Shown here: in pieces, positions 56,701-64,000 of the stretch
Position numbering within the stretch: the stretch's first letter is position 1
How the letters are laid out: every line of letters starts with the position of its first letter
Origin: Bacteroidota bacterium
Lineage (GTDB): Bacteria > Bacteroidota > Bacteroidia > AKYH767-A > 2013-40CM-41-45
Length of the DNA: 64,000 nt
Assembly (NCBI GenBank): GCA_043747595.1
Contig: JAYTOX010000054.1
Span: 3,287 to 67,286, forward strand
Direction: 5' to 3'
The notes under the pieces: model-generated
Seen by the model: only the letters and a program-made list of their open reading frames with translations
What the model was told of the DNA's origin: nothing
Database searches by the model: none
Position numbers and translations under genes: made by a program

Positions 56701-56778
56701 GTCTTTGTAGATGGCTGTTTCTTGAGAAAAAGCATTGAGAGAAAAAAGAACCAGCAGAGCTGCAAAAAATTTTGTCAT
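53701..56778 (-). CDS. Large secreted tetratricopeptide-repeat protein (1025 aa)
   Basis: Signal peptide MTKFFAALLVLFSLNAFSQ, followed by more than 15 TPR-like repeats (recurrent Y..A......Y..A...F). Confidence 0.8.
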   Translation of the reverse strand: MTKFFAALLVLFSLNAFSQETAIYKDQEKDYQKALDLFEKEKYGAAQKLFLQVLDSKSHLQREVLANSSYFTARCAAELFNQDAEFLMLDFIDKYPASTYYDNAIYDLGVYYYRLKRYKSSIEYFVKVDQTNLSTEKKDEVNFKLGYSYYMTNDYDKASKAFFLMKDGNSKYASAAQYYFAHVAFVNENYETALNAFLKLKDSEAFAPIAPYYITQIYYRQKKYKEVLKYAPSVLDTAATRNGIEIGRMVGESYYRTESYKDAIPYLLDYEKNSPNVNREDYYAIGFSYYRLKDFKNAVTYFQKTIGADDTLSQNAYFHLADCQLNLNNKRSARTAFQSAAKYDFNMSIKEESSFNYAKLSYELSFQSVALESFRTFMQDFPNSQYFDQANELLIDIYTNTRNYKDALIALDAIKNKTQNVKSAYQKVAYYRGVELFMDNNSKEAIQLFKTANQYPNNQSLVAESNYWTGEAAYKLGNYEDAIKSYNNFILTPAAMNSERYNLANYNIGYSYFKLENFPEALNSFRKYVKDKLNTDVSRYNDATLRIADCYFIGKDQAGALENYNAAILANAKASDYALYQKAAILGIQGKFADKVNILQKLFEKYPKSVYYDDGLYEAGQACMAQGNFELSLKYFKRVINEYPNGIYLRKSELGEALVYYNTKQDDKALAAYKKIVQKYPNTSESHEALAQIKNISVSQNKVDEYLTYVKNVPNGDLTEAAEDSVTYEAAELLYTQGNCTQAIESFDKYMIKFSNAIFKVYANYYKSDCLYKAKKYQEALPGYEFVITQPKTSLTEKSLLSAAAINYRLKIYDRALSQFEALETTAEEKDNLMAAYSGQMRTAYKLKDNVKALAAAKKILDSGTTDKDLTNEAHLITGKAYFEKSDYGSAKTELTIVSKRTNSEMTAESKYLLAAIEYNLANYKESTKIIFEIQKQVPSYDYWIAKGFILLGDNYLAQKDTFQAKETYKSIIANYEKDPNDPDDLNTIAKDKLAAIVASDGNKNADKKLKSNEVPEDSEINTNK

Positions 56779-56813
56779 TGTAAGGGTAATTTCGAGGTAA
56801 ACGATTATTCTTT

Positions 56814-56821
56814 CAAAATTA
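56814..56821 (-). promoter_or_regulatory. -7 promoter box (TAatTTTG on the minus strand) for the TPR/beta-barrel operon
   Basis: Plus-strand CAAAATTA lies 36 nt upstream of the ATG at 56778. Confidence 0.4.
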
Positions 56822-56982
56822 TTGAATCATAGGGCAAGCGTGGTCATTTCCATGTGTATTTACCAACATAGTTTTAAACATTAGAAACAAAATCAAAATT
56901 TGAAAGTATAATCAAAATCTTCTCTGAACATCAACGTTGAAAGATAAGAGGATAAAAAGCAATCAAACTAACAAAAGAGCCC

Positions 56983-57840
56983 ATGAGAACAGAAATCAAA
57001 AATTTTATTGTCACGTTATGCTTTCTGGCAGCCATCAGTTTTTCATGTAAAAAGGAACAAAAAGTAGTTTTAGAATTTGATACACAAACAACTGAGGATA
57101 ATGCCTTAGCAGAAGGAACTTTTGCAGATGTTAGCAATATAGTGAGTCAAGCAATGGTAAATGGTTCAGGAGGATTAATCACATATCGAACCATTGAAGC
57201 CAACAATTCCCCACTTAGTGGATGCGCAACGGTTACAGTTACTCCCAACGGCGCAGGAGGTTCGGTGGTTGTCGATTTTGGAACAAGCAATTGTATGTGT
57301 CGTGATTCTAAGTATCGCAGAGGAATTATACAATTTACTTATACCGGCGCCTATATGGATTCGGGAACAGTGATTAACACCACATTCAACAATTACTATG
57401 TTGGAAAAGATACAACGCTAATGTTTAAAATAGCGGGTACAAAAACGGTAACATGTCATGGTCTTACTCCTAGCGGATATGTATATCAAGTTGAAGTAAA
57501 CGGTACATTAACAGATCCAACAAACAGAACAATGAGTTGGACTTCGTCGCGAATTAGGACATGGGTTTCAGGATATACAACATTGGGAATTGGCGGTTGG
57601 AACGATGACCGATACGCGATTACAGGTACAGCCTCCGGAACAAATTTCGAAGGAAATTCTTTTACCGTCAACATCACTTCTCCAATTATAATTGATTTTA
57701 GCTGTAGATGGATTTCACAAGGAATCATGCAACTTACTCCAACCGGAAAAGCGACACGAACGCTCGATTTTGGTAATGGAACGTGCGACAATCTCGCCAC
57801 CGTAACCGTCAATGGGCAAACATTTACGATAACACTTTGA
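56983..57840 (+). CDS. Hypothetical lipoprotein
   Basis: 285 aa. Lipoprotein signal LCFLAAISFSC, followed by a Thr/Gly/Asn-rich beta-type sequence with paired Cys residues. Confidence 0.65.
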   Translation: MRTEIKNFIVTLCFLAAISFSCKKEQKVVLEFDTQTTEDNALAEGTFADVSNIVSQAMVNGSGGLITYRTIEANNSPLSGCATVTVTPNGAGGSVVVDFGTSNCMCRDSKYRRGIIQFTYTGAYMDSGTVINTTFNNYYVGKDTTLMFKIAGTKTVTCHGLTPSGYVYQVEVNGTLTDPTNRTMSWTSSRIRTWVSGYTTLGIGGWNDDRYAITGTASGTNFEGNSFTVNITSPIIIDFSCRWISQGIMQLTPTGKATRTLDFGNGTCDNLATVTVNGQTFTITL

Positions 57841-57851
57841 TATATTACTTG

Positions 57852-57881
57852 AAAAAGGAGATCCACAAGATCTCCTTTTTT
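57852..57881 (+). terminator. Rho-independent terminator after the lipoprotein gene
   Basis: GGAGATC stem, CACAA loop, GATCTCC stem, then T6. Confidence 0.8.
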
Positions 57882-57950
57882 GTTAATTACCCGTTCAAAC
57901 AATTCTTGCACTTGAACTGTTAACCAATGAATATTTTTTAATTTTGCGGT

Positions 57951-58154
57951 ATGTATATTTTGAAAGTAAAAGGCACAGCTAAAATTCCTGATTATGTTCA
58001 ATTGCGCGACGATAATTTTACATTGTTGGCGTATTTCAGAGTCGACAGACCGGAAAAAGCAATTGTGAAAGCAGGTTTAGGAGAAAAAGAAAAAGAGATT
58101 ATTGAATTGATTACTTCCATGCCATTTGGAAAAATTCAGAAATTACCATTTTAA
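57951..58154 (+). CDS. Small hypothetical protein upstream of ftsE
   Basis: 67-aa ORF ending 9 nt before ftsE. A TAatTTTG box at 57939-57946 lies only 5 nt from the ATG, so the start or even the coding status is uncertain. Confidence 0.4.
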   Translation: MYILKVKGTAKIPDYVQLRDDNFTLLAYFRVDRPEKAIVKAGLGEKEKEIIELITSMPFGKIQKLPF

Positions 58155-58163
58155 AAAAGTTGT

Positions 58164-58844
58164 ATGCAAGCAGAAACAATTGTAGAGTTAACAAGCACCG
58201 ATATTTATCAGTCGAAAAATCTGATTTTATCGAACATCAATTTAAAGATTGACAAAGGAGAATTTGTTTATCTTATAGGTAAAACCGGAAGTGGAAAAAG
58301 CAGCTTATTAAAAACCATTTACGGCGATGTTGAGTTGTTGCATGGGTCAGCCGGTGTGGCAGGGTTTCAGTTAAATCATTTGAAAGAAAAAGAAATTCCA
58401 TTTCTTAGAAGAAAGCTCGGAATTGTATTTCAAGATTTTCAGCTATTAACAGACCGTTCGGTGCAGTCTAATTTACTTTTTGTATTGCAAGCAACAGGCT
58501 GGAAAGACAAGAATAAAATGAAAGAGCGAATAGCAGAAGTTTTAGAAAATGTTGGGTTATCGACAAAAGGTTTTAAGATGCCTCATGAACTTTCTGGCGG
58601 AGAGCAGCAGCGCGTAGTCATTGCGAGAGCGCTATTGAATCACCCTGAAATGATACTTGCCGACGAGCCAACAGGAAATTTAGATCCGGAAACATCCGAA
58701 GGAATTATGCGATTGCTGGTAGATATTAGTCAGAAAGGCTGTTCCGTTTTAATGGCGACACATAATTATTTATTGATCGAAAAATTTCCGGCGCGAATAA
58801 TAAAATGTGAAAACGGAAAACTGTACGATTCTAAAAATTTATAG
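58164..58844 (+). CDS. ftsE: Cell division ABC transporter ATP-binding protein FtsE
   Basis: 226 aa. Walker A is GKTGSGKSS, the signature motif is LSGGEQQR and Walker B is ILADEPTGNLD. The length and sequence are typical of FtsE. Confidence 0.88.
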   Translation: MQAETIVELTSTDIYQSKNLILSNINLKIDKGEFVYLIGKTGSGKSSLLKTIYGDVELLHGSAGVAGFQLNHLKEKEIPFLRRKLGIVFQDFQLLTDRSVQSNLLFVLQATGWKDKNKMKERIAEVLENVGLSTKGFKMPHELSGGEQQRVVIARALLNHPEMILADEPTGNLDPETSEGIMRLLVDISQKGCSVLMATHNYLLIEKFPARIIKCENGKLYDSKNL

Positions 58845-59972
58845 GCCCTCACTAAAAATTGCATCAATCAATTTAGCGGCACTGCTATCACTATTAAATT
58901 GGGAAGAAAGTATTTTTATTCTCTTTTGAATCGACTCTAATGGAAAAGTTTTTGTTTCAGCAATTCTGATTACAGTCTTTGTCATTTCCTCTGTATCCTT
59001 GCAAACTTCGCACAAAGATTCGAGTCCGGTATTTTCTACCATTGGTAAATTGACAATGCAATACTGACCGGAATAAAGAGCAGCCAACAATTTTAATTTA
59101 ATTCCTGTTGACTGAAAAGTAGGGAGTATATTACACTTTGCTTTAGTAATCAATTGGTAAATCTCTTCAGGTGAACAATTTTGTTTTAATTCAATATTTT
59201 TATTTTCACTTACTGCTTTTTGCAAATCAGACGATGGTTTATTCCCTGCTATGATTAATTTGAAAGGAAGTTTTTTAAAAATTTCGTTTATCAAGTATAA
59301 TGCAGCCTCATTATTTTCGCCGATAGATAAATTTCCGTGATACAAGAAATAATTTTCGTTGTCAGTAGAAATTTGAACAGCATTAAAAGGATGGAATGCC
59401 GGAATATAAATTGAGTTAGAATTAATAGATTTAAAATGTTCGGTATCTGCAGGAGAAATTGGCGCAATCAAGCTAGCTTTTTTCAGCACACTTTCATACT
59501 TAGCAAGCTTTCCAGCCTCATTGTAAAAATAATATCGTTTAAAAATATTTTTCTCGACGGCAGCTAAACTGTTGTAATAATCGTGTTCAACATTGTGCGT
59601 TCGAACGATAATTTTTCTGTTAGCAAAGAGAGGATCATTTAACAGGAGAGTAGAATGTAGTCCTTCCATTAATATTGGATCATTATCATTCAACAATCTT
59701 TCCTTTAGGAGTTCCGATTTACGAGTTAAAATTATAAACGGTAAAGTATTGAAGAGTAACGAACGATAATTTTTTCGTGGGTAGTAGAATACCTGTTCAG
59801 CATATTTCTCTAATTCTAATTGTGGCGAACGACCATATTCGAAGCAATGCAGAATAATTTTTATTCCGGCAGCATGCAATGCTTTAATTTTGAAAAACAC
59901 ATCAATTACACCACCGTAATCGGCAGGAAACGGAACATCGAAAGAAATAATATGTAATCGTTTAGATAACAT
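58839..59972 (-). CDS. Glycosyltransferase (GT4/GT1-like)
   Basis: MLSKRLHIISFDVPFPADYGGVIDVFFKIKALH... is a GT-B type N-terminus. I chose the ATG at 59972; the track start at 59987 is TTG. It overlaps the upstream GT gene by 11 nt. Confidence 0.7.
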   Translation of the reverse strand: MLSKRLHIISFDVPFPADYGGVIDVFFKIKALHAAGIKIILHCFEYGRSPQLELEKYAEQVFYYPRKNYRSLLFNTLPFIILTRKSELLKERLLNDNDPILMEGLHSTLLLNDPLFANRKIIVRTHNVEHDYYNSLAAVEKNIFKRYYFYNEAGKLAKYESVLKKASLIAPISPADTEHFKSINSNSIYIPAFHPFNAVQISTDNENYFLYHGNLSIGENNEAALYLINEIFKKLPFKLIIAGNKPSSDLQKAVSENKNIELKQNCSPEEIYQLITKAKCNILPTFQSTGIKLKLLAALYSGQYCIVNLPMVENTGLESLCEVCKDTEEMTKTVIRIAETKTFPLESIQKRIKILSSQFNSDSSAAKLIDAIFSEGL

Positions 59973-61089
59973 GATTAAAAAGTTCAAAAAGTTTTTGTTC
60001 TTCTTTTTCCCAACACAATTCTAAAGAAGCCGTTTTTAAATTCTCCTTCCACATTGCTAATAAATCGTCATCGTTAATCATTTCATTCATAGTTCTTGCA
60101 AGATCCTTAATTGAAAGTGAAGGAGTAATTTTACCGATTGAATAGCCGTCTACAATTTTTTTTACTTCAACTAAATCAGTTGCTAGTACGGGCAATCCGG
60201 CACGAATGTAATCGAATAATTTATTAGGCAGAGAATATTTGTAATTCAAATTAGTGTCTTTATCTAGCGTAAGTCCAATATCAGCCATGGCAGTAAAAGC
60301 AAATAATTTTTCCATTGGTTGCTTAGGAATAAAAAAAACTTTATCAGTGATTTGTAATTCTCCGACTTTATTTTGTAAATTTTTTATAACATCACCACCT
60401 CCAATAAAAAGCAAAATACCATTATCAACTTTTGAAATAGCATCAATGGCTTCCTCTGCTCCTCTGTCGATATTGATGCCAGCACCTTGAAAAAGAAATA
60501 TTTTTTTATCGGCCGGAAGACCGAGATCAGTTCTTTTCCAAACTAATAAATCGCTAGACAATTGCGAAGGTAAATTTCGAATTACTTTTACATCGACCTT
60601 ATATTTTTCTTTATAAATAGCGGCGATAGACTCATTAACAGTAAATGCATATTTTAATTTGGGAAAAATGAAACGTTCTATTGTTAACCAAATGTAGCGG
60701 ATAAAAGGGCGTGAAATTAGCTCGGGTACTTCAGTAAAATATTCATGGCTGTCATAAACAAGTTTAGGGCCTTTCAATTTTGAGACGATAAAATTGGGTA
60801 ACAAAGTGTCGAGATCGTTTGTTACCAAAATGTCGGCGCGATTAAAAAGCAGGTAAAAAAACAATCGAATATTATAAAAAACATAAAACATCGGACCTTT
60901 TTCAAAAGGCAAAGAAAAACGTTTAATAGCATAAGGCCGGTCGTTCATAGTTTGCGAACTCTTCAATATCCTCCCTACTAAAGTGACATTCAAGCCTTTA
61001 GAATGTAGCGACAAAGCAGTTCTGTGAACACGTTGATCCGTTACCAGGTCGCTAATCACTGAAATAATGACTTTCTTAGACGATTTCAT
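59962..61089 (-). CDS. Glycosyltransferase family 4-like
   Basis: 375 aa with a GT-B fold pattern and a C-terminal E..LPNKLFDYIRAGLPVLATDL motif region. Confidence 0.75.
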   Translation of the reverse strand: MKSSKKVIISVISDLVTDQRVHRTALSLHSKGLNVTLVGRILKSSQTMNDRPYAIKRFSLPFEKGPMFYVFYNIRLFFYLLFNRADILVTNDLDTLLPNFIVSKLKGPKLVYDSHEYFTEVPELISRPFIRYIWLTIERFIFPKLKYAFTVNESIAAIYKEKYKVDVKVIRNLPSQLSSDLLVWKRTDLGLPADKKIFLFQGAGINIDRGAEEAIDAISKVDNGILLFIGGGDVIKNLQNKVGELQITDKVFFIPKQPMEKLFAFTAMADIGLTLDKDTNLNYKYSLPNKLFDYIRAGLPVLATDLVEVKKIVDGYSIGKITPSLSIKDLARTMNEMINDDDLLAMWKENLKTASLELCWEKEEQKLFELFNHVI

Positions 61090-61175
61090 TGGGAAGGCAA
61101 GTAAATCAAAAAATCAACACCTTACTATTTTGCACAAAAAGTCAAAAAAGGTTAGCTTTGTTAAACCGAAAAACG

Positions 61176-61610
61176 ATGAAAAAACAGTCCTATTCTAACC
61201 ATAAACGATACGATCCGTTTTTTCACATCGTATTCTCAACATTGGTTTTAGCAATACTAATTGCTTCAATAATAAATTTTATCAATTCACTCGATGAACC
61301 GGATAGAATACTACCGTCAGTAATACTTGTAGCGATCTCCTTATTTTGTTGTGTTGCTTATTATTTTATACGATTGTTTGCGGTGAAACTTCAAGATCGA
61401 ATAATAAGAGCCGAAGAAAATTTTCGACATCTGCATTTAACCGGGCAGCCGTTAGATCAAAAACTTCACATCAATCAAATCATTGCATTAAGGTTTTCTC
61501 CCGACAATGAATACATTGATTTGTGTAAAGAAGCAGTAGAAAAAAAACTATCGAGTGAAGAGATAAAAAAATCGATTTCTCGTTGGAAAGGCGATTATCA
61601 TAGAGTATAA
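61176..61610 (+). CDS. Hypothetical membrane protein (2 TM helices)
   Basis: MKKQSYSNHKRYDPFFHIVFSTLVLAILIASIINFI..., with two hydrophobic helices. I chose the ATG at 61176 over the TTG at 61089. Confidence 0.55.
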   Translation: MKKQSYSNHKRYDPFFHIVFSTLVLAILIASIINFINSLDEPDRILPSVILVAISLFCCVAYYFIRLFAVKLQDRIIRAEENFRHLHLTGQPLDQKLHINQIIALRFSPDNEYIDLCKEAVEKKLSSEEIKKSISRWKGDYHRV

Positions 61611-61615
61611 ATTTG
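61608..61615 (+). promoter_or_regulatory. -7 promoter box TAaaTTTG for paaABCD
   Basis: Exact TAnnTTTG match 42 nt upstream of the ATG at 61657. Confidence 0.4.
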
Positions 61616-61656
61616 TTGGCAGTTCATGTCAATTCAAGAATATTAATTGAAAAAAA

Positions 61657-62607
61657 ATGCAAGAGCAGAACGAAAAAGAGAAAGCAATCAAATTTCAGGA
61701 GCGGATAGATCGTGGTGAAATAATAGAGCCGAAAGATTGGATGCCTGAGCGTTTCAGGAAGCAGTTGATTCGAATTATGAGTCAACATGCGCATTCAGAA
61801 ATTGTTGGAATGCTACCTGAAGGCAATTGGATAACACGAGCTCCAAGTTTACGACGAAAGACCGTTTTACTTGCAAAAGTTCAAGATGAAGCAGGACATG
61901 GTTTGTATATTTATAGTGGTGTTGAAACATTAGGCATTAGTAGAGATGAAGTGTTGAATGAATTTTTAACAGGCAAAGCGAAGTATTCAAGTATTTTCAA
62001 CTACCCTACACTAAGTTGGGCCGACATTGGCGCAATAGGATGGTTAGTAGATGGAGCTGCAATTATTAATCAGACAGCCTTGGCAAAATGTTCATATGGG
62101 CCGTATGCCAGAGCGATGGTAAGAATATGTAAAGAAGAAAATTTTCATCACAAGCAAGGGTATGAAATCTTAGCGACACTTATGCAAGGAACAGCCGAAC
62201 AAAAAGCAATGGCTCAAGATGCAATTAATCGTTTCTGGTGGCCATCGCTAATGATGTTTGGTCCCTCAGATAATAACTCACCCAACAGTGAAGAGTTGAT
62301 GCGTTGGAAAGTTAAGAAATATAGTAACGACGAATTACGTCAGCGATTCGTAGATAGAACAGTACCACAAGCTGATAATATTGGACTTACAATTCCAGAT
62401 CCTAATTTAAAATTCAACGAAGAAACAAGACACTATGAATTTGGTGAAATTGATTGGGCGGAATTCAACAATGTAATTTCAGGAAAAGGCATTTGCAATA
62501 AAGATAGAATGAAAGCGAGAAGAGATTCACATGAAAACGGATCGTGGGTAAGAGAAGCAGCAGAAGCATATGCTAAGAAAAAATCGTCAACTACAATAGC
62601 AGCATAA
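61657..62607 (+). CDS. paaA: 1,2-phenylacetyl-CoA epoxidase catalytic subunit PaaA
   Basis: 316 aa. The ferritin-like di-iron ligand motifs are QDEAGHG and EENFHH. It is followed by paaB, paaC and paaD. Confidence 0.92.
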   Translation: MQEQNEKEKAIKFQERIDRGEIIEPKDWMPERFRKQLIRIMSQHAHSEIVGMLPEGNWITRAPSLRRKTVLLAKVQDEAGHGLYIYSGVETLGISRDEVLNEFLTGKAKYSSIFNYPTLSWADIGAIGWLVDGAAIINQTALAKCSYGPYARAMVRICKEENFHHKQGYEILATLMQGTAEQKAMAQDAINRFWWPSLMMFGPSDNNSPNSEELMRWKVKKYSNDELRQRFVDRTVPQADNIGLTIPDPNLKFNEETRHYEFGEIDWAEFNNVISGKGICNKDRMKARRDSHENGSWVREAAEAYAKKKSSTTIAA

Positions 62608-62619
62608 AAAATAAAAAAA

Positions 62620-62907
62620 ATGAGCGCATCACAATGGCCACTTTGGGAAGTATTTACACAGAAGCGTGCCGGATTATCGTTTGAGCATGCAGGAAGCGTT
62701 CATGCTCCTGATAAAGAATTAGCATTACAAAACGCGCGCGACGTTTATTCAAGACGCAATGAAGCAACATGTATTTGGGTAGTTCCTACAGAATATATAG
62801 TAAGTAGTACGCCTGAAGATGTTGGTTCTTTTTTCGAACCGAGCGACGATAAAATTTACCGTCATCCGAATTTTTATAAAACACCTGGCGTAGCCTTCGA
62901 TCATTAA
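62620..62907 (+). CDS. paaB: 1,2-phenylacetyl-CoA epoxidase subunit PaaB
   Basis: 95 aa. WPLWEVFTQKRAGLSFEHAGSVHAPD...A...ARDVYSRR is a typical PaaB pattern. Confidence 0.92.
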   Translation: MSASQWPLWEVFTQKRAGLSFEHAGSVHAPDKELALQNARDVYSRRNEATCIWVVPTEYIVSSTPEDVGSFFEPSDDKIYRHPNFYKTPGVAFDH

Positions 62908-62927
62908 TATAACAGAACAAAAATAAA

Positions 62928-63689
62928 ATGTCTGCTTTAAATCAACAAATTTTTGAATACGCCTTAAGAATAGGCGATACAAGTTTGATACTTGGACAAC
63001 GTCTGGGTGAATGGTGTGGTCATGGTCCTATATTGGAGGAAGATATTGCCTTGACGAATATTTCTCTTGACCTCATCGGACAAGCGCGTGCATTTTTAAC
63101 TTATGCAGGAGAAGTAGAAGGAAAAGGAAGAACAGAAGACGATCTTGCGTTCTACAGAGATGCAAGAGAGTATAAAAACAATCTTCTTGTAGAGCAGCCG
63201 AATGGAGATTATGCACAAACTATGTTGCGACAATTTTTTGTAAGTGTGTATCAATATTATTTTTATACAGAATTGCAAAAAAGTAAAGACACTACATTCG
63301 CAGCGCTTGCAGAAAAATCGTTGAAAGAAGTAAGTTATCATGTTCGACATAGCAGCGAATGGATAATTCGTTTTGGAGCAGGTACTCCGGAAAGTAATTT
63401 ACGTACAGTGGGGGCGATTGAGAATTTATGGAATTTCACCGGCGATCTATTTGAAACTAACGAAACAGACATTTCGCTTTTGAAAGCTGGAATAGGAGTT
63501 GACATGAAGAAAGTACAAGGCGAATGGGAAAAGAAAGTTCGTGATGTTTTTTCTACAGCTACATTAATTTATCCTGAAGAAAATTTTATGATCACAGGAA
63601 GTATTAAAGGAATACATACAGAATACCTGGGCCATATATTATCAGAGATGCAAATACTTCCGAGAACATTTCCTGGAGTAGAATGGTAA
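62928..63689 (+). CDS. paaC: 1,2-phenylacetyl-CoA epoxidase subunit PaaC
   Basis: 253 aa. ...ALRIGDTSLILGQRLGEWCGHGPILEEDIALTNISLDLIGQAR is a typical PaaC (PaaI in older names) pattern. Confidence 0.9.
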   Translation: MSALNQQIFEYALRIGDTSLILGQRLGEWCGHGPILEEDIALTNISLDLIGQARAFLTYAGEVEGKGRTEDDLAFYRDAREYKNNLLVEQPNGDYAQTMLRQFFVSVYQYYFYTELQKSKDTTFAALAEKSLKEVSYHVRHSSEWIIRFGAGTPESNLRTVGAIENLWNFTGDLFETNETDISLLKAGIGVDMKKVQGEWEKKVRDVFSTATLIYPEENFMITGSIKGIHTEYLGHILSEMQILPRTFPGVEW

Positions 63690-63693
63690 CAAA

Positions 63694-64000
63694 ATGAAAT
63701 CGATTCAATACACAGAAAAAGAAATCTACGATCTTATCGCCACGATACCGGATCCGGAAATTCCTGTGATTACGATTAAAGACTTAGGAATTTTACGTAG
63801 CGTTAAAATTGAGAATGAAAAAGTAATCGTTGCAATTACTCCAACGTACAGTGGTTGTCCGGCAATGATGGCGATTGAGAAGGACATCAAATCAATTTTG
63901 AGATCAGAAGGACTTGAAGGAGTTGAGATAAAAACAGTTTATTCACCTGTATGGACAACCGATTGGTTAACCGAAGAAGCAAAAGAAAAACTACGCAAAT
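63694..64000 (+). CDS. paaD: Phenylacetate-CoA oxygenase subunit PaaD (runs off the window end)
   Basis: Translation from the ATG at 63694 reads MKSIQYTEKEIYDLIATIPDPEIPVITIKDLGILRSV...TPTYSGCPAM..., a PaaD/SufT-like domain. It is not in the ORF track because it is truncated. Confidence 0.85.
   Translation, partial: MKSIQYTEKEIYDLIATIPDPEIPVITIKDLGILRSVKIENEKVIVAITPTYSGCPAMMAIEKDIKSILRSEGLEGVEIKTVYSPVWTTDWLTEEAKEKLRK

Noticed and set aside
1-64000. tRNA, rRNA, tmRNA, known riboswitches, IS elements, integrases, prophage
   Set aside because: I scanned the intergenic regions by eye. I found no tRNA T-arm or acceptor signatures, no rRNA-like stretches and no transposase- or integrase-like ORFs. 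I recognised no riboswitch consensus upstream of purM, thyA, the nucleoside permease or the glnN leader. A cmscan against Rfam would be the decisive check.

Overview
AT-rich chromosomal segment that reads as a Bacteroidota genome. Supporting signs: type III glutamine synthetase, three proteins with T9SS C-terminal sorting domains, a fused BCKDH-type E1 alpha/beta, the long Bacteroidetes-type PurM, and TAnnTTTG -7 promoter boxes 20-50 nt upstream of many start codons. About 60 protein genes are supported. Most are housekeeping: typA, hppA, folA-thyA, etfBA, pdhB, a DEAD-box helicase, glnN, purM, prfA, rpsT, radC, upp, rpsF-rpsR-rplI, msrA and ftsE. The phenylacetate (paa) pathway is split into four separate blocks. 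These are paaH-DUF853-paaI-paaJ-paaY-SRAP at 24.9-30.7 kb, paaZ at 45.8 kb, a crotonase at 50.2 kb and paaABCD from 61.7 kb to the window end. Accessory-looking content is a higBA toxin-antitoxin pair, three tandem beta-propeller T9SS cargo paralogs with a decayed fourth copy, and four unusually long gene-free gaps. I saw no rRNA, tRNA, CRISPR array, transposase, integrase or phage genes, and no clear multi-gene novel protein system. The strongest candidates for undescribed biology are non-coding or fusion features. (1) A seven-copy tandem array of a 136-137 bp palindrome-bearing unit (48.4-49.4 kb), with fragments of the unit dispersed elsewhere. (2) A conserved ~140 nt element with a variable hairpin between fixed GGACGA and CGAAGCGG boxes, repeated in the gene-free gaps at 41.8, 44.1 and 51-52 kb. 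(3) A membrane pyrophosphatase carrying a 141-aa Cys/Met-rich C-terminal tail. (4) A HerA-like DUF853 ATPase and an SRAP peptidase embedded in a paa operon. All functional calls come from reading the translations and from motif memory; no database search was run.
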